Source: an uncultured Desulfospira sp. (lineage in GTDB: Bacteria; Desulfobacterota; Desulfobacteria; Desulfobacterales; Desulfobacteraceae). From it: a stretch of DNA of 64,000 nt. Both the position numbers and the translations under genes were made by a program. The stretch lies in contig OY760175.1 of assembly GCA_963663165.1 (NCBI GenBank), forward strand, positions 864,001 through 928,000. Direction: 5' to 3'. The stretch's first letter is position 1. Each line of letters begins with the position of its first letter. This document shows, piece after piece, positions 51,862 to 61,907 of the stretch. Below the pieces are notes generated by a model. It searched no databases, was not told where the DNA came from, and worked only from the letters and a program-made list of their open reading frames with translations.

Positions 51862-51877
51862 TGGCATTAAATTTGCA
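51862..51877 (+). promoter_or_regulatory. Sigma-54 promoter
   Basis: TGGCAT-N5-TTGCA. Confidence 0.75.
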
Positions 51878-51970
51878 TGTATTATATGTGGTTTATTCGA
51901 TTCAGCTGATTTGCTAAACAGATTGCGACAGACAATGGGCAGACAACAGCTTTTTAATGGCGTGGACAAA

Positions 51971-52978
51971 ATGAAACAGGCGGCAGCGGTTATGAAGTTG
52001 ATTTTTCGAACAAAAGTTATCTTTCTTTGTCTTGGGGTTTTACTATTCTGCGCCAATGCTTATGCAGGGGCCATGCAGGACTTTAATTTAATCGTCCTTG
52101 GCAACCTTACCGCCGGCAATAGTGATGTGCATGGACGAACCCTTGTTGCCGGGAATATTAAAGGAGGTACAAAAGATTTTGCCATCAGGGAGGGGGCTGT
52201 TTCAAATGATGTCACTACTACGGGGCTCGATAAAAACGATTCCCTGATTGTTGGCGGGCAGATTCTCTCATCGGGTGAGACTCATGTCGACTTTGGCGGT
52301 ACCAGGGTTGGCGGAAGTGACGCAGGCAAAACAATCCTTAATTCCGATTATGTATATTATAACGACACATCTGTTAATGATGTGATCCAGGCGGTCAGTG
52401 CCGATATTCAGGCCACCACGGACTGGTTTGAAAATCTGAACGCCACAGCCACCGAAACCATGACATATACGGCTAGCAATGCTGCTGCACTCAACGTGGC
52501 CACCACCGGTGATACCGCTGTCTTTGAACTGAATTCCAGTCTGATAGACAGTTCAACGGCATTGGCAAATCTTTATATTACCGGCAATCTTTCCGATGTG
52601 GATATGATCCTTATCAAGGTGACAGGAGATAGTAAAAGCCTGGTTACCGGCGGCGGACTGCATTTATCCGAAGCCTTTACAACCTATGCAGACAAAATTG
52701 TGTGGTACTTTCCGGAGCTTGAAAGTCTAAAACTGTCTACCGGATGGGCAGGCTCGGTGGTTGCCACCGGCGCAAATTTCAGTTTTACTTCGCCCATTGA
52801 AGGCTCCGTGGTTGTCAACAACATGACACTTGACTCGGAAATTCACCTGCAAACCCCTTCCTGGGATCGCCCAGACCCCGGCAGCACCGTTCCGGAACCT
52901 GCCACCGCTTTTTTGCTCGGATTTGGAATTCTTGCCATTGCCGGCCGGATAAGACTTCCCGGGCGATTTATAGTATAG
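51971..52978 (+). CDS. PEP-CTERM protein with choice-of-anchor A domain
   Basis: FNLIV.G......DV.GR..V.G, W.F...L, GSV.A..A, EIH; VPEPAT-TM-RIR. Confidence 0.9.
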   Translation: MKQAAAVMKLIFRTKVIFLCLGVLLFCANAYAGAMQDFNLIVLGNLTAGNSDVHGRTLVAGNIKGGTKDFAIREGAVSNDVTTTGLDKNDSLIVGGQILSSGETHVDFGGTRVGGSDAGKTILNSDYVYYNDTSVNDVIQAVSADIQATTDWFENLNATATETMTYTASNAAALNVATTGDTAVFELNSSLIDSSTALANLYITGNLSDVDMILIKVTGDSKSLVTGGGLHLSEAFTTYADKIVWYFPELESLKLSTGWAGSVVATGANFSFTSPIEGSVVVNNMTLDSEIHLQTPSWDRPDPGSTVPEPATAFLLGFGILAIAGRIRLPGRFIV

Positions 52979-53122
52979 TGTCTGATCAAAAACTTGAAAA
53001 TTGTGCCATGTACAAGGCGGGCTGAAATTACAGGTCCGCTGCCTTAAAATTCTTGGGACTTACACGGCATTGCTTCCGGATCATTCTTCCGGCGGGCTGC
53101 TAAGCTGTTTTAAGTATTCATA

Positions 53123-53200
53123 TAAACGGTCACGGACCGTCCCGGGTTATCCAACCAAGAACCGTCCTAAACGAATAATGAAAGTTTTTATAAGTAGTTA
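53123..53200 (+). repeat. ~91-bp repeat, degenerate copy C
   Basis: CGGTCACGGACCG..GGTTATCCAACCAAGAACCG..AATAATGAAAG. Confidence 0.8.
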
Positions 53201-53207
53201 AGCAATG

Positions 53208-53444
53208 TCATTCGGTCAGATACAAGATGTACAGCTCTTCCAAATCCTCTAACCCCACCGAGATGGAAAGATAAATTTGGTCGCCGTCATAGTTATCCAC
53301 TGAAAAGTTCCAGACCGAGAAAATGTCTTCGTCTTCGTCCATGAGGTCCGTTAAATTTGCCAGCAAGTCTTTGTCCGTGACAAGCGTTGCGGTAAATGAA
53401 AAGTCATTGGAATCTGCCGCCACGGCACCGGACAGACCGCTTGG
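53208..53444 (-). pseudogene. C-terminal fragment of an unrelated acidic protein
   Basis: Open frame fused behind the VapC stub; no start of its own. Confidence 0.35.
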
Positions 53445-53479
53445 TATCGTAACAAAACGTTGGTGTCGATTGCGATCAT
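53445..53479 (-). pseudogene. VapC/PIN toxin stub
   Basis: MIAIDTNVLLRY overlapping the antitoxin stop, then homology ends. Confidence 0.7.
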
Positions 53480-53691
53480 TGCAGAGAACTCTGCCTGGAC
53501 TCTTCATCAGTCATAGAAGGGTCCCCCTGGACATGTTTTAAGACGCCTTTTGCAATTCCCTGTTTTTTTGTCACAATGGTTAACTGGCCAAGAGCGATAA
53601 AGCATTCCACTTCATCCCCCGGTTTGATTCCCAAAGTTTCACAATGACTTACAGGCAAAGTGATTTGTCTTTTTGCACTGACCTTTGGCAT
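53476..53691 (-). CDS. AbrB/MazE-type antitoxin
   Basis: KVSAKRQITLP...LGIKPGDEV. Confidence 0.85.
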   Translation of the reverse strand: MPKVSAKRQITLPVSHCETLGIKPGDEVECFIALGQLTIVTKKQGIAKGVLKHVQGDPSMTDEESRQSSLQ

Positions 53692-53828
53692 GTCCCCTCC
53701 TTTACTATTTGTCAATCGGTAAAGATTATCCCCTCTTCGTCGGGACCAAAAAGGACCGCATCAAGCCAGGCAGGGTGAGCACGTTTTTTGTACCCACAAT
53801 GCCGGTGGTTTGTAAACCAACCTGCTTT

Positions 53829-53858
53829 TTACCCCCCCCTCTACCCTTTGGGGTATAG
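53829..53858 (+). promoter_or_regulatory. Putative operator (shared 30-bp motif), copy 2
   Basis: TTACCCCCCCCTCTACCCTTTGGGGTATAG followed by -10-like TATACT at 53877. Confidence 0.6.
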
Positions 53859-53936
53859 ATTAAAAACAGCCCTGATTATACTTCTCGTGAGTGAAAGCTG
53901 ATTAATCCCTAATTTGAGTTATTGAGGAGGCTCAAC

Positions 53937-55394
53937 ATGTTTATTGGTAAAAAATTTTCACTTATTTTAGTGGCGGCCGGTTTATTTATCCCGGTATTGA
54001 CCCTGCCCCTGCACGCACAGGATTACCCCCATCCGGGCACCTATGTGCCGTCCCCTGCACAAGTCGCCGAGCATAAAGCGGTAATTGACGACCCCAGGCC
54101 GATTTTAAAAGAGTTTGGGATTCATCAGCTTGTGCCAAAGGAAATGCTGGAAAAAATGACGTGGGACGTCGGGCAGATGAAGCAGCAGTGGAGCCAAATC
54201 AAAGGGTTTAAGGCCCCGGATGTGGTGGGCAAAATTGCCCCGGACATCAAGCCCGGCAAATATACCTGGGAGGATGTACAGAACAATCCCGGATTTAAAG
54301 AGCTGTTGCCCGAAGGCTATATCGAGCGGTTCAAAAAAACAGCCCCGCCCCTGGCCGGCACTTTTGAAGAATTTGAAATCATCCCCACCCGCCAGTACTA
54401 CATGCCCCTGCCCGTGGCCGAGGCCACGGCCAAAAATGCCGGAAAAACCCGGCTGGATGACCAGGGATATATCATAGACAAAACCTGGGTGTCCGGAATG
54501 CCCTTTCCCCGGCCTGAAGGCAAATTCAAGGCCCAGCAGATCATGTATAACTTAAAATTCACATACGAGTGCTGGGGCGGCAATATATACTTTGTTGACA
54601 ATGCCGTGGGGTGGAACCGGAACCTGGAACAGGATTTTACCAACACCCTTCACTATTACGGGGCAAGGATGAACGGCCGGGTCATCTTTCCCCCCCTTGG
54701 CGCCATCAATGAGCGAGCCGCCAACCGGCGGGAACTTAAAGGGGAGATCACCATTTATGATGCCCCCCGGGATGTGGCCGGTATGACCATGGTGACCATC
54801 TCCTTTATTCCGGCTGAGTCCGAATCCCAGAGCATGATGTACCTGCCGTCCCTGCGAAGGGTCAGGAAACTGAGCGCATCAGACACCCAGGACCCCATGG
54901 CCGGATTTTCCCAGGCCGTGGATGATCTTGGCGGGTTTGCCCAAACCATGTCCCCTGATGAGTATCCCATGTCATATGAGGTGATTGCCGAGCGGGAGTA
55001 CCTGGTCACCGCCCCCACCACAGACGGCGCATTTACCATCACCCAACAGGGGACCATCGTGGGACAGCAGTTTGAAAGACGGCCGGTATGGGTGGTCCTT
55101 CTCACGGAGCTGGATCCCAATTATGTCTATTCAAAGCGCATCTTATACATCGACCAGGAAACCAACCGGCTCATTTTCTCAGATATGTACGACCAGAAGG
55201 GACGAAAATACAGGACCACGGAAAACGGCGGTTCCTGGCATCCGGAATTTGGCGTTGTCAGCTCCGGCGGCGGCTGGGTGCTGGCCTGCGACCACATTGA
55301 GTATCACACGGAAATTTCGGTCTCCTATGAACTGCCGGCCGTCTATGACGCTGAAGATATCAGCTTAAGAAACATGATGCGCAGGGCCAAGTAG
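53937..55394 (+). CDS. DUF1329 family periplasmic protein
   Basis: G.PFP.P, P.D.AG, YLPSLRRVRK, YSKR..YID.E, YD..G. Confidence 0.88.
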   Translation: MFIGKKFSLILVAAGLFIPVLTLPLHAQDYPHPGTYVPSPAQVAEHKAVIDDPRPILKEFGIHQLVPKEMLEKMTWDVGQMKQQWSQIKGFKAPDVVGKIAPDIKPGKYTWEDVQNNPGFKELLPEGYIERFKKTAPPLAGTFEEFEIIPTRQYYMPLPVAEATAKNAGKTRLDDQGYIIDKTWVSGMPFPRPEGKFKAQQIMYNLKFTYECWGGNIYFVDNAVGWNRNLEQDFTNTLHYYGARMNGRVIFPPLGAINERAANRRELKGEITIYDAPRDVAGMTMVTISFIPAESESQSMMYLPSLRRVRKLSASDTQDPMAGFSQAVDDLGGFAQTMSPDEYPMSYEVIAEREYLVTAPTTDGAFTITQQGTIVGQQFERRPVWVVLLTELDPNYVYSKRILYIDQETNRLIFSDMYDQKGRKYRTTENGGSWHPEFGVVSSGGGWVLACDHIEYHTEISVSYELPAVYDAEDISLRNMMRRAK

Positions 55395-55448
55395 GGCCCA
55401 AGTAGGGCTTGAACAAAAATTCAACAACGCAAAAGGAAACGCATACAG

Positions 55449-56891
55449 ATGAAAAAACATACCCATTGTGCCGCAGCTTTAATCGTTATGGTGCCCATGA
55501 TCATGGCGTTTTGCATGATGATACCGGGAACAGCCTTATCCGGAACCGGCCCGGTTGAGTTTTCCGGTTATATTGAACAGGGGGCCAATTTTGGTATTGC
55601 CGGTGACAAACAGGACAACAAAGAGGGATTCCAGCAGGCCGTCACAAAGGTCCTTCTTGAAGCACGCCATGATTTTTCAGACACCCTGTTTTTCTATGGA
55701 TCAGGCCGGCTGGATGTGGACCTGGCCTATGATCTGTTACATGACAACCATGAATGGGAAAGCAAGGGGTTCAATAAATCCAGGGACGAGCGCCAGATGC
55801 TGGATGAATGGAATGACCTCCTTTTTGAGGCCCATCTGACCTGGACCCCGGGGGATTTCAGGATCCGGGTGGGCAAGCAGATCATTCAATGGGGGGAGAT
55901 GGACATTGTGCCGGTGACCAGCCAGGTGTCGCCCCAGGACTACCGCAGGGGGTATACGGAAAACGATTTTGAATTGCTGTTTTTACCGGTTACCATGGCC
56001 AAGATAGAGTATTATCCCCCTATCTTTACCGAGTCTGTCTCCCATGTGGCCATTGAACTGGTCATCAACCCGGGCATCGAATTTCGGGGAACGGAAGGCT
56101 GGGTCGAGGCCTCAAGCCAGGATGCCGGGATCTGGACCCCGGACATGATGGACTTATGGATTCCGGCCAACTATGCTGAAGATATAGACTTCAAAGAGCC
56201 GGACCATTACGAGGAGTTCGGACTGCGTGTCTCTGCGGATATTTTTGAGACCTATATCCAGGTCATGTACTTCAACGGGATCCAGAACAACCCGGTGGTG
56301 ACCGAAGTGGATGCCTGGTTTACCTCCACCAAAGCCGGATACAGGGATGAAGAGTTTATCGGCATGTCCCTTTCCCGGGAACTGCCCTTTTCCCTTTCCG
56401 CCCTTGGCGGGGTTAAACCGGTGCTGCGCCTTGAAACCGCCTATTTCTTTGACTCCACCATCGGGTTCTACTATATCCCGGATTATTTTATGAGCCTTAT
56501 CAAAGACAAGTGGCTGTGGGGCGTCGGCCTGGACTGGAAAATCGATATCCCCCTTTTAAACCCCAGGGCCGACATTACCGTTTATCCGGAAGTGGTTCAG
56601 GAACTGGTCCTTGACACCAACACCGCTGAAGTGGATGCCGTCAGCGGTGCCCAAAAAACAACCTCCTGGAACCTGACCCTGGAAACCCTCTATCTGCACG
56701 ACAAGCTCAAGGCCTCTTTGTTTATTCAGTATGAATCCGAGTACAATACCCGGCAGATCAACCCGGCCATTGAGTACAGCCCGGATGAAAACTGGACCTA
56801 CCGGCTCGGCGTCCGGTGGTTTGACGGAACCAAAGATATCACGTGGAACCACAAAGACCACATCTATGCATCGGTATCCTACCAGTTTTAA
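55449..56891 (+). CDS. DUF1302 family outer-membrane protein
   Basis: Signal peptide, R.GKQ.I.WGE.D, P.D, terminal YQF. Confidence 0.82.
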   Translation: MKKHTHCAAALIVMVPMIMAFCMMIPGTALSGTGPVEFSGYIEQGANFGIAGDKQDNKEGFQQAVTKVLLEARHDFSDTLFFYGSGRLDVDLAYDLLHDNHEWESKGFNKSRDERQMLDEWNDLLFEAHLTWTPGDFRIRVGKQIIQWGEMDIVPVTSQVSPQDYRRGYTENDFELLFLPVTMAKIEYYPPIFTESVSHVAIELVINPGIEFRGTEGWVEASSQDAGIWTPDMMDLWIPANYAEDIDFKEPDHYEEFGLRVSADIFETYIQVMYFNGIQNNPVVTEVDAWFTSTKAGYRDEEFIGMSLSRELPFSLSALGGVKPVLRLETAYFFDSTIGFYYIPDYFMSLIKDKWLWGVGLDWKIDIPLLNPRADITVYPEVVQELVLDTNTAEVDAVSGAQKTTSWNLTLETLYLHDKLKASLFIQYESEYNTRQINPAIEYSPDENWTYRLGVRWFDGTKDITWNHKDHIYASVSYQF

Positions 56892-56892
56892 A

Positions 56893-57168
56893 TAACGGTC
56901 ACGGACCGTCTTTGGTTATCCAACCAAGAACCGGTCCACAACAAAAGATGGAAGTCTTTACGGGTAGTTAGTCAGACTTTCATATAACGGCCACGGGCCG
57001 TCTTGGTTATCCAACCAAGAACCGCCCACAACAAATAATGAAAGTCTTCTCAGGAGGTTAGTGAGACTTTCATATAAACAGCCACGGGCTGATTTGGTTA
57101 TCCAACCAAGATCCGCCCACAACAAATAATGAAAGTCCTCTCAAGATGTTAGTGAGACTTTCATATAA
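56893..57168 (+). repeat. Three tandem copies of the ~91-bp repeat
   Basis: Units start at 56893, 56985 and 57075; no spacers. Confidence 0.93.
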
Positions 57169-57245
57169 AACCCGACAGACCCGGGGGCCAGTTTTCCTTA
57201 ACGGGCCGGCCCCTTTGGATAAGACCCGAACATAAGCAGATCCAT

Positions 57246-58265
57246 ATGGTAAACAAAATATTTCACCACACCTTTTGGGCCGCGTTGACGCTGCCTTTAC
57301 TAATTTTTTTGTGGGCCTGCCCGGCCTTTTGTGAATACGGCCTGTTTAACCGTGACCTTTTTTCCGTATCCTTTCCGGCACCTGAATCCGGGTGGGCCTG
57401 CGGCCGGCGGGGAATCATCGCCGCCACCCGCGACGGCGGCAACACCTGGGACCGCCAGGAGAGCGGGACACGTTTTACCCTCTCCTCCATTTGTTTTACG
57501 GACGTGCAAACCGGCTGGGCCGTGGGGGATGTGGGAACCATCCTTCATACCGTGGACGGCGGCAAGACCTGGCAGCCCCAGAAAAGCCCCGTCAGCTATT
57601 ATTTAATGTCGGTTTGTTTTGCCGATTCCCTTACCGGATGGATTGCCACTGAGATGAGTACCATTCTCTTTACCCGTGACGGGGGCCTGACCTGGGAGGT
57701 CCAGTTTCAGGACCCGGATGAGGAGTTTGTGTTCCGGAGCATTTCATTTTGCGATGAAAACAACGGGTGGGCTGCCGGGGAGTACGGCTTTATCTACCAT
57801 ACGACCGACGGCGGCAGCACCTGGGAAAAACAGGCCGGATTTTTAAGGATTTCTCTTGAAACCGAGATGATGGAAACGGGCAACTTTATTTTTGATGTCT
57901 GGGCTGTTGATCCGGATACGGCCTGGGTGGCGGGCCTTGGAAAATATATCGCCGTAACCCGGGACAACGGAAACACCTGGCAACAGATCCAAACCGACGT
58001 GATTGATCCGGTCCACCTGTTTGCGGTATGGGCGGATCAAACCGGCCATGTCATCATCGGCGGAAACGGCACCCTGATTGAAAGCATCGACAATGGGGCT
58101 TCCTTTCAAAAGGCAGCCGTCACGCCCCCGGTGACCTATGGATGGATCGGCGACATTGAACCTTCGGCAGACAATACTTTTTTTGCCGTGGGCATCAAGG
58201 CCTGGATCTATAAAACCCATACCGGCCCTTCCGGCCATTGGCTAAACCTCAACCCGAGCAGATAA
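57246..58265 (+). CDS. YCF48-related BNR/Asp-box beta-propeller protein
   Basis: Repeated GWAVG..G.I..T.DGG.TW. Confidence 0.9.
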   Translation: MVNKIFHHTFWAALTLPLLIFLWACPAFCEYGLFNRDLFSVSFPAPESGWACGRRGIIAATRDGGNTWDRQESGTRFTLSSICFTDVQTGWAVGDVGTILHTVDGGKTWQPQKSPVSYYLMSVCFADSLTGWIATEMSTILFTRDGGLTWEVQFQDPDEEFVFRSISFCDENNGWAAGEYGFIYHTTDGGSTWEKQAGFLRISLETEMMETGNFIFDVWAVDPDTAWVAGLGKYIAVTRDNGNTWQQIQTDVIDPVHLFAVWADQTGHVIIGGNGTLIESIDNGASFQKAAVTPPVTYGWIGDIEPSADNTFFAVGIKAWIYKTHTGPSGHWLNLNPSR

Positions 58266-58283
58266 AAAGGCTACGCAAAAACC

Positions 58284-60722
58284 GTGACACAGAAAATTAA
58301 AACAGACCGCAAAGGGCTTGCCGACGTGATTATGGGACAAAAAAAAGGGGTTATTGTCCTGGTTGTATTGCTGACACTGGGGTTTGGCATGGGCATGGGA
58401 AAAATTAAAAATGAAGTGGTGTTATCCGACCTGTTTCCCCTGGATCACCCCTACCTTCAATTAATGGACAAATTTTACGAGGTCTTCGGCGGGTTTGGCA
58501 TGGGGGTTCTCATCGGGGTAGAATCCAAAGATCAGGATATCTTCAATCCCGAAACCCTGGCCAAGGTCAGGGACATTACCCTGGAAATTGAGTTGTGGGA
58601 TGAGGTGTACCGGCTCCAGACCTTTTCCATGGCCTCCAGTGCGGCCAAGGTGGTCAAGCTTTTGCCCGGCGGGGAAATCCGTTCGGAAAACCTGATGTTT
58701 CCTGAAGTGCCCCAGGACCCGGCCGGGATAGAGGCGTTAAAGACAAATATCTTTACCGATCCCACCTATGACGGCGTGTCCGTATCCATGGACGGCACAG
58801 CGGCCATGATCACCACATCTTTTAGAGAAGACATTTCCTACAGCCGGGTTTATGCCAAGATGCAGGACCTTAAAAAACGGTATGAAGATGAGAACACCAC
58901 CCTTCATATTCTGGGGTTTCCCATGCTCATGGGGGTGATCTACAGTTTTGTGGGCCAGATGTACCTGGTATTTGCCATCTCCGTTGTCCTCATGGTGGTC
59001 ATCCTTTTTCTTATCTTCAGGAATGCCTTAGGGATCATCGCCCCGTTGACCATGCTGGTGATCTGCACCATCATGGGGCTGGGATTTACCGGGTGGATCC
59101 AGATGAATTTCTCCCCCCTGCTTTATGTGCTGGCCTTTTTAGTGGGGGCGAGGATGCTGAGCAACTCGGTGCAGATCACCCACCGGTATATTGAAGAACT
59201 CAAGGCCACAGGGCATGTGGACCAGGCCACGGGCAACACCATCACCGCCATGTGGAAGCCCAATGCCGCGGCGGTCATGACCGATGCGGCCGGATTTCTG
59301 GTCCTGGGCCTGGCCAAGATTGTCCTGCTCCAGCAGCTGGCCGTTATCATGAGTTTCTGGATGCTGACCATCGGCCTTTCAGGCATTCTGGTGCCCCTGA
59401 TCTGCAGCATGGTGCCCGTTGACCCTAAGACTTTGAAAACCGCGCCGGCGCAAACAAAAGAGAGCCACTGGCTTGACCGGATGATTCTCAACACAGTGAA
59501 CTTTTCCATTGGCCGGGGAAGGCCCCTGATTTTCATCATCATTGCCGCCATCCTTGCCGTGGGAATCTGGCAGATCAAACATTTAGAGGTGGGCGACCCC
59601 ACCCCCGGTTCGGCCATCCTCTGGCCTGATCAGCAGTACAATACGGACACCGCCCTTCTCAATGAGAAATTCAAGGCATCTTCCGATGATTTCTCCCTTT
59701 TCTTTGAAGGAGAGAAGGGGGCGGTTTACCAGCCCCAAGTATTGAAAACCCTGGAGGATTTTTCCGATTATATGCTCGAAACCCTGCCGGACATCTATAA
59801 ATCTTCGGACTCCATCCTCAACCTGGTCCGGTCGGTGAACTACATGTTCCGGGAGGGAGACCCCTTAAGATACCAGCTGCCCGCCAACCTTGAGGAGATG
59901 ACCGGCCTTTTGGGACAGCTGAAATCCACCATTGATCCGGCGGTTCTGGCCCTGTATATGGACAAGGAGATGCGGCGGACCCAGATCACCCTCTATTTTG
60001 CCGACCATACCTCCCAAAATATCATCCGCATCAAAAAAGCGGCCTATGATTTTTTCAAAAACAAAGGGATAGCACTTGAGAACGGCGGGTTTACCACTGA
60101 GCACGGCACCTATTTTCTGGCCGGCGGAGCCATTGGGATGGAGATTGCCCTGAACGAGGAGATGCGGCGCTCCCATGCGGTCATGGACGCCTTGGTGCTG
60201 CTGGCCATCTTTGTCATGTGTTCTTTGACCTTCCGGTCTATGGCCGCCGGGCTCATGCTCGCGGTTCCGCTGCTGTTTTCCAACCTGATTGCCTTTACCT
60301 ACATGACCTTTGCCAATGTAGGGCTGACCACCAACACCCTGCCGTGTTCGGCAGTGGGCGTGGGGGTGGGCGTGGATTTTGCCATCTATCTGTACTCAAG
60401 GTGCATGGAGGGGTTCACCCCGGAAAAAAGTTACAGCCAGGTGGTGGTCGAATCGGCTAAAACAGCCGGCAAGGGCATCATCTTTACCGGGATCACCCTG
60501 ATCCTGCCCCTGATCATGTGGTACGCGGTTTCCGGATTGAAATTCCAGGCCCAGATGGGATTTTTCCTGTCCATGCTGCTGTTTACCAATATGGTGGCGG
60601 CCTTAACCCTTCACCCGCTGTTAATCTGCGCCATCCGGCCTGAATTTCTTAAAAGAAAGGCAAACCAGAGCTTGCAGCCCAAACTTTCAGGATTTCACCC
60701 CTCAGGGGCGGAACACGGTTAA
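58284..60722 (+). CDS. MMPL/RND-family transporter
   Basis: Two TM blocks with large periplasmic loops, TDAAGF, VGVGVGVDF.IY. Confidence 0.9.
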   Translation: MTQKIKTDRKGLADVIMGQKKGVIVLVVLLTLGFGMGMGKIKNEVVLSDLFPLDHPYLQLMDKFYEVFGGFGMGVLIGVESKDQDIFNPETLAKVRDITLEIELWDEVYRLQTFSMASSAAKVVKLLPGGEIRSENLMFPEVPQDPAGIEALKTNIFTDPTYDGVSVSMDGTAAMITTSFREDISYSRVYAKMQDLKKRYEDENTTLHILGFPMLMGVIYSFVGQMYLVFAISVVLMVVILFLIFRNALGIIAPLTMLVICTIMGLGFTGWIQMNFSPLLYVLAFLVGARMLSNSVQITHRYIEELKATGHVDQATGNTITAMWKPNAAAVMTDAAGFLVLGLAKIVLLQQLAVIMSFWMLTIGLSGILVPLICSMVPVDPKTLKTAPAQTKESHWLDRMILNTVNFSIGRGRPLIFIIIAAILAVGIWQIKHLEVGDPTPGSAILWPDQQYNTDTALLNEKFKASSDDFSLFFEGEKGAVYQPQVLKTLEDFSDYMLETLPDIYKSSDSILNLVRSVNYMFREGDPLRYQLPANLEEMTGLLGQLKSTIDPAVLALYMDKEMRRTQITLYFADHTSQNIIRIKKAAYDFFKNKGIALENGGFTTEHGTYFLAGGAIGMEIALNEEMRRSHAVMDALVLLAIFVMCSLTFRSMAAGLMLAVPLLFSNLIAFTYMTFANVGLTTNTLPCSAVGVGVGVDFAIYLYSRCMEGFTPEKSYSQVVVESAKTAGKGIIFTGITLILPLIMWYAVSGLKFQAQMGFFLSMLLFTNMVAALTLHPLLICAIRPEFLKRKANQSLQPKLSGFHPSGAEHG

Positions 60723-60829
60723 CCTCTTTGTTGTTTTATGATATTAATTGAGAATCTTTCAGGGGCATGAAATCGGTATCCGTGCCCCTGAATATGTAGA
60801 ACTTTAATAAAAATTGGGGTTGTTTGAGG

Positions 60830-61720
60830 ATGACAGGTTCGGCGTACGCTTTAGGGGCGGCCTTTTTCTGGGCCGCCGGTGTTATTTTATTCAAAAAAAG
60901 CCAGGGCACGTTTTCTCCGGTTCCCCTGAACATTTATAAAAGCATTGTGGCCCTGGTCCTGTTGACCGGCACCATGCTGATATTCAAGGTTCCGTTTTTT
61001 CCGGGCCATCCCCATAGATACTGGATTTTGCTGTCCTTGTCCGGCTTTCTCGGCATTACCCTGGCCGACCTGCTTTTTTTTATTGCCCTGGACCGGCTGG
61101 GCGCCGGGTTCCTGGCTGTAGTAGAATGTTTTTACCTGCCCTGTATTCTGTTGTTCTCTTTTGTTCTGCTGGATGAATCCCTGTCTGCCCCGGGCATTGC
61201 CGGAACCTTTTTGATTCTCGGGGCCATCGGCTTGGGATCGGTTTCCTTCCGGCAAAGGCCCCAGGATAAGGCCTTAAACGCTCAAATTTCCTTTATCGGT
61301 CTCGGGGCGGGGTTTTTGTCCATGATTCTTCTGGCCTGGGGCATTGTGATGGTCAAGGATGTACTGGAGCAGACCCATGTGTTATGGGCCACCCTGGTCC
61401 GGGTCGCGGCCGGGATACTGCCCCTGGGAATTATCGTGCTGTTTCATCCCAAACGGGATCAATACCTTAAGGAGTTAAAGTTCTCAAATGCCTGGCTGAC
61501 CGCCCTGCCCGCCTCCATTTCAGCTAACTTTCTGGCTCTCTTGTGCTGGATTGCCGGCATGAAATACACCACCGTATCAAGGGCCGCCATCCTCAACCAG
61601 ATGTCCACCATCTTTATTTTTATTCTGGCCGCCCTTTTTTTAAAGGAGAGAATCACGGTCAACAAAAGCATTGCCATCATCCTTGCCGTGGCCGGGGCCT
61701 GGCTGACCATTGTGGGATAA
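60830..61720 (+). CDS. DMT/EamA transporter
   Basis: About 10 TMs, LSGFLG..LAD..FF.AL, FLKE. Confidence 0.88.
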   Translation: MTGSAYALGAAFFWAAGVILFKKSQGTFSPVPLNIYKSIVALVLLTGTMLIFKVPFFPGHPHRYWILLSLSGFLGITLADLLFFIALDRLGAGFLAVVECFYLPCILLFSFVLLDESLSAPGIAGTFLILGAIGLGSVSFRQRPQDKALNAQISFIGLGAGFLSMILLAWGIVMVKDVLEQTHVLWATLVRVAAGILPLGIIVLFHPKRDQYLKELKFSNAWLTALPASISANFLALLCWIAGMKYTTVSRAAILNQMSTIFIFILAALFLKERITVNKSIAIILAVAGAWLTIVG

Positions 61721-61907
61721 CAATACATCAGAAATGGGCTGACCATAAAAATTATGGTTGCATCCTGTTAACGGCAAAGGATATACAATCAAAACCAATG
61801 TCCGGTTTTATTCCATTCCGTTTTTAAGGCTTGGATATTTTTCAAATCATCCGGATATTCAGTTATTCTGATGCAGCATCATAATCAGTCAACGCTCAGG
61901 AGCAGTT

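Noticed and set aside
53842..53860. TACCCTTTGGGGTATAGAT as a fifth micro-insertion
   Set aside because: It lacks the CAGAAAC tail and is better explained as part of the 30-bp promoter motif.
55384..55408. GGGCCAAGTAGGGCCCAAGTAGGGC duplication at the DUF1329 stop
   Set aside because: Simple slippage duplication with no coding effect.
56893..57168. CRISPR array or attC array
   Set aside because: Units are ~91 bp with no unique spacers and no cas genes; the TAAC and GTTA flanks are not complementary as in attC.
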